A stretch of 63,412 nt of DNA, counting the filler, from Reticulomyxa filosa (Eukaryota; Protista; Foraminifera): assembly GCA_000512085.1 (NCBI GenBank). It is 17 parts of 17 records of this genome, joined end to end, with 100 filler letters (N's around TTAATTAATTAA, not from the genome) between each part and the next. Parts side by side here need not be neighbours in the genome. Positions count along the whole stretch, not along the records: positions 26,641 to 29,486 come from ASPP01016774.1; positions 29,587 to 30,704 come from ASPP01024328.1; positions 30,805 to 40,034 come from ASPP01005421.1; 14 more parts are not named here. The stretch is one strand, 5' to 3'. How positions within the stretch are numbered: the stretch's first letter is position 1; each line of letters opens with the position of its first letter. Under the pieces are notes generated by a model. The model made no database searches. It was given only the letters and a program-made list of their open reading frames with translations, and had not been told where the DNA came from. Below are positions 28,659 through 40,134 of this stretch, in pieces. Position numbers and translations under genes: made by a program.

Positions 28659-29452
28659 TCAGGGTTTGCATCGCCCCCAAAATCGAGGATATAAGCAAAC
28701 ATCTCGAATATGATGAATATCCAACATCCAGCTATTCAAAAAATATGTGCACAATTTTTAAAATCCTTAAACAAGAAATAAGAAAACGAAGGACTAAGTT
28801 ACTAGAATAGCATACCATAGAAAACGCTCCAGTCCCAGGCCAAATCCACCATGCGGAAAGGTACCATATTTCCTCAAATCATTGTACCAATAGTAAGGAA
28901 GCGAATCGATATTATGCTTATCAAATCCTTGCAAAAGATTTTCCAAGTTCCATTCTCTCATGCTCCCTCCAATAATCTCTCCAACATTTGGCATTAACAA
29001 ATCCACAGATTCGGTTAAATCTGGTCTATTTTTGTCACGAGACATATAGAACGATTTAATATGTGCTGGAAAGCGTGTCAACAGTATTGGTTTTCCAATT
29101 TGGTCTGTCATTTGACGTTCGGGTTTCTCAGTGATATCATCACCAAGTTGAAATTTCTCTTTTGTGTCATCATTTTTGTAAATGTTATTGTCATTGCAAT
29201 AACGGATAGCATCTTCATAGCTGAGCCGTAGGAATGGCTTTTGTGGGATTTGCTGTTCATATTGTTATATTCATTGGCTTTATTCTCAGCTTCACATCAG
29301 AACAATAGCATCAAAACACTTAACAAAGTTTGAGTTCAATTGTTTGAGCAAAGTGCCGTGATCTCTGACCACACGTGTACACACATCAACAACCATATCT
29401 TCCAAACAATCGAGCAAATCATCATAAGTGATAAATGGCAACTCACCTTCGA
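28659..29452 (-). CDS. NARS: Asparaginyl-tRNA synthetase, C-terminal part
   Basis: [76 protein letters not shown]. Confidence 0.95.
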
Positions 29453-29739
29453 CTTTGTGTAATCACGCAAAAAAAAAAAAAAAAAANNNNNNNNNNNNNN
29501 NNNNNNNNNNNNNNNNNNNNNNNNNNNNNNTTAATTAATTAANNNNNNNNNNNNNNNNNNNNNNNNNNNNNNNNNNNNNNNNNNNNAATAATGGTAAATA
29601 TGTATGTAAGATTTGTCGTATTTTCGATAAGCTGTATGTGTACGTATATATTAGTGATTCTATCTTGCTTTCCTTCCTCCCCCCCCCCCCTTCGCTTTTT
29701 TTTTTTTTATTATTAATAAAAAACAGAAATAATACTAAC

Positions 29740-30289
29740 CAGGGGCATGGACAATTTCACCTAAAATCATATTACAACTGCCAATGAAATCATGATCTTT
29801 CAAACTTGTTGACTTTTTTTTATCTTCATCGTATACGTCAAATCTTAATTCTTGTACTTCTTCGAAGAAATAGTTCAATACAAATTCTTTTTCGAATTTT
29901 GGGTAGTGATTGTCTCTGTCGTTTTTTTTTTTAAAGGGTTTAATTGATCCTCAATGCAAAAAAAAAAAAAAAAAATCATCCTTACAACACAACAGACTTT
30001 TTTCTCAACTTTATTGCTTCTGTTCGTCCTATCTCCTCAAACTTGCCGCTTTTATGTGCTTTCATGTACACTAAGAACATTTTTTATATAATTGGGCATA
30101 TAAAAGATGGTGCCTTCTGACAACATTTGTTCAAATATAAACGAAAACAAAAAATACAATTTTTTTACCAACAACAAAGGGATCACTTTTGCCTATCAAA
30201 TCCATGCTGATAAGGTCTTGACAAGACAAAAACATCTCTACTTGTTCTACCATATTCTCAGATTCTGGTTTAAAAGTCGCTTGCGACAT
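29740..30289 (-). CDS. Copine, N-terminal C2A domain (3' truncated)
   Basis: Spliced translation: VEMFLSCQDLISMDLIGKSDPFVV...EIGRTEAIK-DNHYPKFEKELVLNYFFEEVQELRFDVYDED...DHDFIGSCNMILGEIV. Confidence 0.88.
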
Positions 30290-30804
30290 TTGATTTTATT
30301 TCGCTGTCTGACGAAGATTAAAATCAATGTGATTTTTTTGTTAGACAGTTACAACTTTAGACTTTAAGAAAACGAGTAAATCACGAGTGGTTCGTGAAAT
30401 TGATTTAAAACGCATGTCGAATAATACTCAAAAAATACAACTTGCGAATATGATCATCCTGATTTTAGTGCGACCAACAGTTTATTGATATAACTCAAAT
30501 TTTCTGACAACTATTTTGATATCGCCTGTCCGATAAACATCTCACTAAGCAGTATATTGTCTGGTTGTGCTAACGATATTTTTTTAATGATATCAATTTT
30601 TCACAACAGCCAATATGAACATTTTTCGATTTGGAGTTCGAAGTATAGAACAGAGGTGCACATGAGAGGGACTGACTGAAAAGGTTGAGTGCAAGCGTGT
30701 AGTANNNNNNNNNNNNNNNNNNNNNNNNNNNNNNNNNNNNNNNNNNNNTTAATTAATTAANNNNNNNNNNNNNNNNNNNNNNNNNNNNNNNNNNNNNNNN
30801 NNNN

Positions 30805-31190
30805 CCAATGTCGGGGTTTTCAGTTCTGGCTGACTCGTTTGTGGTTGAAGATTGGTTGTCAGCAAATAGGGTGAGGACATACTCACCAAGTTCACGTCTT
30901 TCACTCCTGTTGAAAGATTTGTACCTAATCCAAACAGAATACATACACATCATGTGTTGGAGGGTAACGTCTCTTCTTCCAAAAAAAAAAAAATCAGCTT
31001 TTTTTTTTAGTTTTCTAATATCCATAATTTATAAGACTTTTTTTAAAAGTTGCTCCACCGTCTTTGACCAGGCTTTTTTGTTTTTTGCTGAAGAAAAAGA
31101 CTAACTTGTCATCGATTTCAACAATTTCTTTCAAGATACCTTGTTGTATTGTTTTTTTGTTTGGAAAATGTTTGAACCAGTACAAAGAGA
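30805..31190 (-). CDS. Fragment of hypothetical gene (truncated by contig end)
   Basis: Coding-like ORF 30753-31025 preceded by an intron-like tract; no family recognised. Confidence 0.3.
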
Positions 31191-31637
31191 TTGTTTAAAA
31201 ATTATCCTTGAGCGAACACGCGAGGGGGGGAAAGGGGGAAAAAAAACGGTCAGGCACGACTTAATCAATTATTCGAAATCGCACCAACAAATAATATTTA
31301 AGTAAAAATCTTAATTTTCGTTGAGTCCAAATTTATTCCTTTTTTTTTTTGCATAGATGCAGCACGTGTTATTGTCATGAAACTGAAAGCGAGTGTTTTT
31401 GAACACTTTGACAAAACTATTTATTTGGTGCGATTTGCAAACAACATTATGTACTTTTGGAACAAAGAGATTGAGCTTACAAGAGAATTTTTTTTTTTAA
31501 GTGGACCATTTCAGCAAAAAGACAAAACAAAGTTGATTATAAGAAGTACGATTTAAATGAAATAGATGGAACGAAGATGCTGGTAATGGGGCTGAAGATA
31601 GAAAAAAAAAAAAAAAAAATAAAGGAAAAAAACAAAA

Positions 31638-33143
31638 TTAAGCAGAAGAAGATGTATTTACAACAGAAGAGTGGAAGATGTAGGAATAATTATTGAGTTC
31701 TTTAATCGCAACATCAAAAACAGCATCATCAAACTTGCGGCATTGTGTGAAAGGACGACACAGCCCGACTTGGTGTCCAAGCTGAGGGTCAGGAAAGGAC
31801 ACATATTTATACCTTGAGCGAAGAGCCTTAAGACGTTTGGGATGAGCAGAGAGAATATTTTCAATGCCGAGGCCATTGACATAGAGAATATTAGTTCCTT
31901 TGAATTGGCCAGTGCTCAAGTACTGGACCAAGACAAAGTACTCTTGGCACATTTCTTCATTTCGTTTCAGTCCGAGGATCTGCATGCCAAAAGGACTGAA
32001 GAAGGGAGTATGTCCTGACAAGACAACGGAAAGCCAAAAGGTTTCTTTGTCCCCCCAAGACTTGGAATAGATTTGATTGCGAATATTGGGTTTGTGAATG
32101 TGCTGTAGAATTTTCAGTGCCTCTTCAAGTTTCCGAGCATTCATTAGCACTAGCGCTGACTCACCCACCCAATCAGTTTCATTTATTTGTTGGATGTTAT
32201 TCAATATGTGTTGTCTTAATTCAATACTTTTACGAACATAATATGGATCTTTATCTATAAGCATATATGTACATATATGTACATATATGTACGTATACAT
32301 ATATATATACATATATGTATATATTTTAACTGTGAATATATTTGACAACAAATTCTGGTATAAATACTTGATAGATAAAAGGAACGAACTCATTGCCATA
32401 CTCGACTCGATCTCGGAACAACACGTTTCCATATTCCTTATACTCATCGGACAACAACAGTTCCAAAGGGTTGGCCAAAAAACATAAGTCGTCGTCCACC
32501 AACATGACGTGATCTGTATGTGTCATTGTGGACAAACACATTGGCTTGCAAGGATAACCTTGGAAAAATGGAATGTCGGACCAGCCCGAAAAAAAACGCC
32601 CTACTCGCTTGCTCCATTCCGACCCAAACGACATCTCGTTTTTTATCAATGCGCTCAGATCTCGCACTTTTGTGTTTACAAGCCACGATTCCAATTGCTG
32701 TATCGTCTCGCTCGTCAACTCGCCGACATGGCAGATTTCATATTTCACTTGGAATTTTTTTTTTATCGCTGGTGTCACAAAGTTCTTTTCAATGTACCGC
32801 AATTGTGTAAACGCTAACGCGGCATTTTCTTTTTTTTTTTTTTTTTTTTAACCAAAACTTTTCATAACACAATGCAACATGCCCACTCCACTCTTCGTAA
32901 CTTTTCGTAGGAGCAAATACCTATTGTCACGTTCTCGATTCTATTACTATCTTTAGGACTGTGCTGTGCAAAGCTGACATGGTCACTTCCGTTCACAACC
33001 ACCGGGTTGGCAATAACAAAAGGGGTGGACGAATAATTACCTAAAAACCAATACACTAATCCTGAAATTTCCAAAATCAAAATAGATGCAAGAAGGATTG
33101 ATCTTATATTGCTATTTTTATTTTTACTGGGGTTTGATTTCAT
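31638..33143 (-). CDS. Alpha-mannosyltransferase, GT71 (MNN1/MNN2-like), type II membrane protein
   Basis: N-terminal TM; HVMLVDDDLCFLANPLELL...EYGNVLFRDR (DxD), GESALVLMN, WGDKETFWLS. Confidence 0.85.
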
Positions 33144-34380
33144 TGATGTTCATCCATTGTTCTGCCAGGCTTTTGCCCGCCCCTGGCTCTGCTAGACTGG
33201 CTTTCGTGCAAAGAAAATCACATTCAATTTTGTCTTACTATAAAAAAGCGCTCTATTTTTGGCCTTACATTTTTCTCTGAAAATTTTCAAATAAAATGTT
33301 TGAATCGAACTTTTTGTTATGCCCACTAAATGCTCTTTTTTACGAAAGCATTTGCACACTTAAAAGGTTATAATTTTATATATTCTAAAATTTATATTAC
33401 ACTTATGTAGCAAATTCTTGAAAAAATTATTATAAAAGAAATTTTAAAAAACTTCAGGAAAACACTTCCAAAATTTTATAAATTTTTTAAAAAAGACAAA
33501 AAAAATTCTTTACTTTTACCTTTTCGATGTTTTTAAAAACATTTCAAGATATCGAAACACTAGCACTAAAAAGATCCATTTAAATGGACACGTCATTATA
33601 TTGAAGTTGTGAGTTTTCTACTGCTGAAAGATGTTCACAAAATGTAACACGAAAATTTCGCTAATATGAGCAATTTAAAATAAAAGAATAATTAATTAAA
33701 TAAAAGAAAAACAAATAACAAGATTCAACCAAGTGAAAGAGTAAAGAAAGCCGTGAAAGTTAGTAATGTGTTATTGAATAAAGGAGTTCTAAAGCTAACT
33801 TGGATTTGCAATAATTGTTTATTACGACGTATCATGAACACTACAAAGTATATTAAGGTATCCAACTACGTAATGGTGACTACGCAACTGACAGATATTT
33901 TTGCATTACATTAAATTTTATTTAAAATTCGAAAACAAAATTTACATTCGACGTCGTTTAACTTTAATTTATACTTCAAGAAAGATAAGTTCATTATGGA
34001 AGTATCGTTAGGTGACATTAAATATGATCTTTGTAAGAGTAAAAAGGTATAATCATTTTCATATGTGTTGAATATAAGTTATATTTGTACAATAAATAAT
34101 TTTCAAAAAATGAAAAAACATTAACAATTTTTTAATGGCTTTCTACACTTTTATTAAAAGATAAATATATTTTTTAATTCTCAACTGATAATACATACTA
34201 TTAAAAAAATTTTGAATAAATATTGATTTTTCATAAATAAGTATATAAATGTTAGTATATGTTCATTTTATAGTGATCTTTTTTTAGCTTTCGATTGTAT
34301 GTTCTACTTTAAATAAAATTTTAGTGTGTATCAGAAGCTTATGAGTATTGTTTGTTGTACGACTGTAATGTCTTTGTTGA

Positions 34381-37240
34381 TTAGTGATTTCCTTGTTTCA
34401 AAATATTTTTTTTACAAATGAAGTGGTCGTGAACATATTGTTTAAAGCTTTCCTTTTTCATTTTCAAGACTTTCTTGTTTTGCTTTTGCATTTTGTAGTA
34501 TTTTCTTATTTTATTTGTTGAAAATTTGTTGTTAGAATAAAATTCGTTCATATACACTTCGACTAAAATTGTCAAAATCTTAAGAAAGAAAAGAAAAAGA
34601 TAACAGACTTCAATGTTATCAATTTTTTTCTTAATGACTTTGACACTAATTCTTGCTGTTCTTCAACGAGCTTCTTTGCCCATAGAACTACCAGTTTCTT
34701 TCATGTATTGCTGTTGAATTGTATGATGATTGCCATAAGTAATAACAATGACATTCAAAAATGGAAAAAAAGATAATTGGAAAATAATACCTCCAATGCC
34801 TTCCACTGTTCTTCATTTTTTTTCCTTAATTTTGCAGTATCGGATGAAAAGACGTTCAAAGTGGATGAAGAAGACTGCTGATCCTCGGCTTTAATTTTAC
34901 ATTGAGTTTGACCATACAATTCATTATTATCCTTGTTGCTCCTACCTTCGAGAGGACGGCTTTGACTTTGAAAATGTGGAGTGGTATTGTGCCCTTGGAG
35001 TTGTTCTTTCTTATTCGAAATTGAATTGTTCTGTTGAAAAAATTTAATGGATTTGAGCATATCTTGTGATAGCTGTCGCAATTTGAGATTTTCATCTTTC
35101 AACTTTTTGTTACCAGTTTCTAAATTACTGCATTGTGAGGTAAGTTTAGAAAGTTGATTCGTGGATTCTTTTTGTTTGTTTTATAGAATGAGAGACGTTA
35201 AATCTATGCATAAAAAAAACACACAAAAAATAAATAAAACAAACTGATGAGTTCTTGTCGAGAAACATCCAGTTCTTGTCTCATCGCATTGACTTGTGTT
35301 TGTCGCTGTGTCAAACTTTGTTTGTATTGTTCAATCGTTTGGGTGTGACATCGCTTTTCATCTTCAAATGTCTGGGACACATTTTTGTTGGCTTGTGTAA
35401 TTTGCCTTTTCAAAGCAAGATTTTCATTTTGCAACAATTGGATTTGATTACCAGAGCGAGCTGTTTGCGACTTCAACTGTTCAATCTCTTTTAAATATAT
35501 TTGTGTATTCGACAATTGGGTATGGTATTGTCTTTGATAATTTTCCAATGACTGTTTGCATTCATTGATACGTTGGTACATTTTTTCAATTATGCCGTGG
35601 TAGTTTTTATTTTGCGTATTCATTTGACTTTTGACCTTCTCAATTTCCGATACCAAGGTATTCAGCTGCATGTTGTATTGTTGTACCAATGACTCGCAGC
35701 GACTCTTTTTTTTTTCAAAAAAGCAAGAAAACACAGTTTGGACATATTTTGTATCAATTTATATCAAGTAAACTTAACTTGCTCATTTTGCAATTGTAAC
35801 TGGAGCGACTGGACTTTTTGCTCATACTCATATTTTACTTGTTCCGTGCTAACATGATATTTCTAACAAAAAAAAAAAAAAAAAAAGCAAAAAATATGGA
35901 TCATCTTCTTGAAAAAATCATTTGTCTGTTCTTGTTGTTGTCGAACACAAAACTTGAATGGATTCTTGTGACAGTTCCAGCTGTTGCTTCAGTACTGACA
36001 TATCACCCTCTGATGATTGACTTTTTTGCTGCGATAACACCAATTCTTTGGCCAATTTGTCAACTTCCTCTTTTTTTTGAATTGTCATCTCTCGTATAGC
36101 CTTTCATTTATTGTTGCAACATCAGACCAATCAAATACTTTGTTTGTTTTTTTGGCTATCATTTGTTGCCGTTTGGAGGGAGGAAAAAAAAGATACGTTT
36201 TGTTTGGTTGTTGGTTCACTTTGTTATGATCAATTTGCATCAATTCAATTTTTTGCTGGACAGACAACAGTTCTGTAGAAATCTGTTTTTTTTCTTCGTC
36301 CAAATGATTTATTTGCTTTTCCATTAGCTGTTTCGATTGCTTCATCTAGTACAAGTTGCGTGTCATTGATACGTATGCACTTGTGCGTTATATATTGTAT
36401 AACTGTTTTCCCTCTTAAAAAACAAATGGTAATAACCTCTTTTTCTATTGCTTGGTTTTGTTTTTTGAGAAGTTGCATCTGATTTTCTTGGTTTTGTTCA
36501 TTGATTTTGTATTCTTCAATTGCAATCGATAGCCTTTTGATTTCCTTTTCTTTTATCAGCAATGCCTATGTTTGTTTCAGCAACATCACCAAAACGAATT
36601 TGCGTTGATCGTTTCGACGTCTGTTCCCTCTTTTTTTTTTTTTTACTTCACTTCATTGTACTCTTGAACAACTTTTTCATATCTCTGTAGTCAACCAATC
36701 AAATTGTTCTTTCGTTTTACACTTAAAAAATTTTTTTTTTTTTTCGAAAACCGATTGTTTGTTTCATAACTTCTAGCTGCTCGCGTCGTTGTTCAGCCAA
36801 ATCGAAGTTGAACTGAATATTTTGCTTTGATGTCCGATATTTTAATTTCAACATACCATACTTCTGTATCCCATTAGCAACATATGCCCTTATGCACACC
36901 TTTTCCTCCATGCTATTCTAGATAAAAAATAAGGAAAATACACAACACCATTGACCTGTTCTTGAAACTTGAGCTTCTCTGTCAATTGACGCATGTTTTG
37001 GTCATGCATTTGCCCCAACTCGTAGGGTCTTTGTCTATTCAAAGGATCGAGAGGCAAAGGATGGTGTGTCATATGTGGTGTTCACCAAGTATGAATCTGA
37101 TGAAATAGAAATAGCTCCATCTATGATATAACTCATGTTACAGATTATAATATGTGGCAAACCAACGAGGAAGGGGAGCACCCGAACCGTTTCAACTCAG
37201 CTTGGTACATATGGGGATGATCGATTTTCTCATGAAGAAA
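34381..37240 (-). CDS. Multi-exon coiled-coil hypothetical protein (ends approximate)
   Basis: Q/E/K-rich exon ORFs 36890-37072, 36245-36562, 36085-36345, 35204-35734 and 34755-35102. Confidence 0.6.
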
Positions 37241-37289
37241 CAACATTTAGATCATTTTTTTAAAAATATGTAGTTTTTAAATATGATTT

Positions 37290-37811
37290 TGGTTATCAAA
37301 TGCGCGGATATTTCACCATTGCAAAGCAACAATAACAAAGACGATAATAATAAAAGAAGTGCTATTGGTGTGATTGGTGGTAATGGATATACAATTTGTC
37401 CTGAATCATTTGATAATTCTATTCGTATACGGGATATTGAATAAACTAAACAGTTGATTGAATTCAAAGGACATCAAGATTGGATTAAAAGCGTAAAATA
37501 TGTGCAAAATGAATTATGAATTAATGGTAGCGCAAATACAATATTATCTGGATCAAATGATTAAAGTGTTCATTTATTTGATATCAGATCTGGTCAATAA
37601 ATTCAAATATTCAGAAGACATAAAAATATTGTATGACGTTGAATATTCACCATTTGTAGTAAATAATATCGAAGTTGGATGTAATTCAAATATAATATGT
37701 CCTGGATCCAGTGATAATAAGAAGGAATTATATTTAATCAAAGAGAATGGAATATGTTGTATTGAATTTATATCAATGAAAAAGAAAAAAATGATTAAAG
37801 AAAAAAAATGA
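37290..37811 (+). pseudogene. Decayed WD40-repeat family fragment
   Basis: ADISPLQSNNN...IGVIGGNGYTICPESFDNSIRIRDIE*TKQLIEFKGHQDWIKSVKY and VEYSPFVVNNIEVGCNSNIICPGSSDN, with stops and frameshifts. Confidence 0.8.
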
Positions 37812-38619
37812 CGGTTGTGGCATTTATTTATATTATGGTTTATTTATTCGTGTTTGGGATAAAAAACACATAAATTACTTTTCTGGTTTTGTAATTCGTG
37901 ACAAAAAACAAACATGAAATAGTCTAATTCATTGATATATTTTTTATTCTTAGAATCACTAAATCTATTTCATATGTTTTCTTTTCGCTTACTTTCAACT
38001 GACATGTTGTGACAGTATAATTTTTTCTTTTATGGTTACAAGTCTTACTTTAATGTATTTTGTACTTCCATTAATTTTTTCATATCAAACATTTTGTGTT
38101 GAAAAACAATACTATCCACAAAAGCGAATGTGATCTTCGTTTTAACTATAACATAAACTAAAATACATCCATAATTATATTGGCTTTTTCATTCCTTTTT
38201 AAGTATATTGTTTATTACATCTTTCACAAAATACAGTTCATTCTTATTTGATCAATATATCAAAAACAAATTGCATTGCAAAAATGATTTAAAGCAAAAC
38301 ATTTTTTATTACAAATGATAAATGCCAAATATTAATAAAATCTGCATCTATTGAACAATTGTAATAAAACAAAAAATAACTACTACTTCATTTAGATATA
38401 ATCATAATATAACTGTTAACAAGTTAACAAATAAATTAATGTTAAAAATATTAAAAACTACAAATTAATATATATATACATTTTATCAATTAAATATTCG
38501 AAAAAAAATAAAGCTTTTAAAAAAATGTAATAACGGCAAACACAAAAAAAAAATAAAAAAATAAAAATAATTATTTTTTTTTATTTAAAATATTATTAAA
38601 AAAGAAAAAAACATAATAT

Positions 38620-40034
38620 TATTTTTGTTTAAGGGTTGGGTACCCGTTGGAGGCAATACGGATTGTGTGGAGCGTTGGTGACCTATAATACAAATCAAAT
38701 ATTATTTAAAAAATAAAAAAACTTACATATTATTTTTTTTTTGTTCAAGGGTTTGGATACCCGTTGGAGCAGCGGCGGGAGTGTGTGGGGCCTTGGTGGC
38801 CTATAAAACATCAAACATCATTAAAAAAATTAAAAAAACATAAAACAAAAACATAACTTTTTTTTAAAATTGACAAGGGTCGAGAACCCGTTGGAGGATG
38901 AGCGGTGGGCATTGGGGCCTCGGTGGCCTATAAAACAAATCAAACGTCATTAAAAAAATAAAAAAATAAAAAAAAAAACTCAACATCATTATTTTTTTTT
39001 GTTCACGGTTGGGTACCCGTTGGAGGCGATGCGGAGTGCGTGGGGTCTTGGTGGCATATAATACACATCAAATATTATTTAAAAAAATAAAAAAACATAA
39101 AAAAAACTTAACATATTATTTTTTTTTGTTCACGGGTTTAGGTACCCGTTGGAGGCGAGGCGAGGTCGTTGGGGCCTTGGTGGCCTATAAAACACATCTA
39201 ACGTCATAAAAAAAATAAAAAAAAGAAAACAAAGACTTAACAATTTTTTAATTTTTAGTTCACGGGTTAGGTACCCGTTGGAGCATTGGCTGGAGTGTGA
39301 GTGGCCTTGTTAGCCTATAAAACATGACACCATTAATTAGTAATACAAATAATATGAAACAAAACATACTTTTTTTTATTATTGGACACGGATTTGGACC
39401 CGTTGGATATTGAGAGGTGGGTATTGTGACCTTGGTGGCCTATAGAACAAATTAACATCATTAAGAAAAATAAAAACATTTGAAGTAATTTAACTTATTT
39501 TTTATTTTGGTCCACGGGCTTTGGTACCAGTTGTAGCAGCGGCAGTAGCGGGGTAGGCCTTGGTGGCCTATGAAACACAAAAATTATTAAATGAAAAAAA
39601 ATATAAAACAAAAACATACTTTTTTTCTATTGTGTACACGGGTTGGGTACCCGTTGGAAGAGTTTCGTTGGTCGTTGGTAGCCTATAAAACATAACAAAC
39701 GTCGTTAAAAAAAAAAATTATAAAACATAAACATACCTTTTTTTTTTAATGGATACAGGTTGGTGCACCCGTTGGAAATGGAACGGTTGGAGTGGGACCT
39801 GCTTTGGTTACCTATAAAACATAACAACCTTAATTAAATATTTAAAAACATATAACAAAACATACTTTTTATTATTATTATTGACACGGGTTTGGTCCCC
39901 GTTGGATGAGGAGCGGTGGTCATTGTGAATTCATTGGCCTATAGGACAAATAAACATCATTAATAAAAGAAAGAAACTTAAAAAAAAACTTAACATTATT
40001 ATTTTTTTTGTTCACGGGTTGGGTACCCGTTGGA
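38620..40034 (-). repeat. Tandem array of at least 12 units (~117-133 bp): GC-rich core with conserved ends and variable middle, AT-rich intron-like spacer; candidate micro-exon array
   Basis: Plus-strand consensus cacgggttgggtacccgttgga-[variable]-ggccttggtggcctataaaac. Cores at 38644, 38761, 38888, 39017, 39146, 39275, 39400, 39528, 39651, 39769, 39899 and 40027 (last truncated). Confidence 0.93.
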
Positions 40035-40134
40035 NNNNNNNNNNNNNNNNNNNNNNNNNNNNNNNNNNNNNNNNNNNNTTAATTAATTAANNNNNNNNNN
40101 NNNNNNNNNNNNNNNNNNNNNNNNNNNNNNNNNN

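Noticed and set aside
38631-38650. tRNA T-arm/B-box resemblance of GGGTTGGGTACCC
   Set aside because: No TTCRA loop, A-box or cloverleaf in the units.
39009-39209. Plus-strand ORF MGTRWRRC...
   Set aside because: It runs through a poly-A/poly-T spacer and is not preserved in other units; the splice signals and codon-type conservation are on the minus strand.
39264-39274. Alternative genetic code (TAA read-through) to rescue ~51-nt array exons
   Set aside because: Conserved genes in the window end in TAA, TAG or TGA and have no internal stops, so the standard code applies.
38620-40034. CRISPR interpretation of the array
   Set aside because: The variable segments are homologous to each other, the repeats are long and degenerate, there are no cas genes, and the context is eukaryotic.
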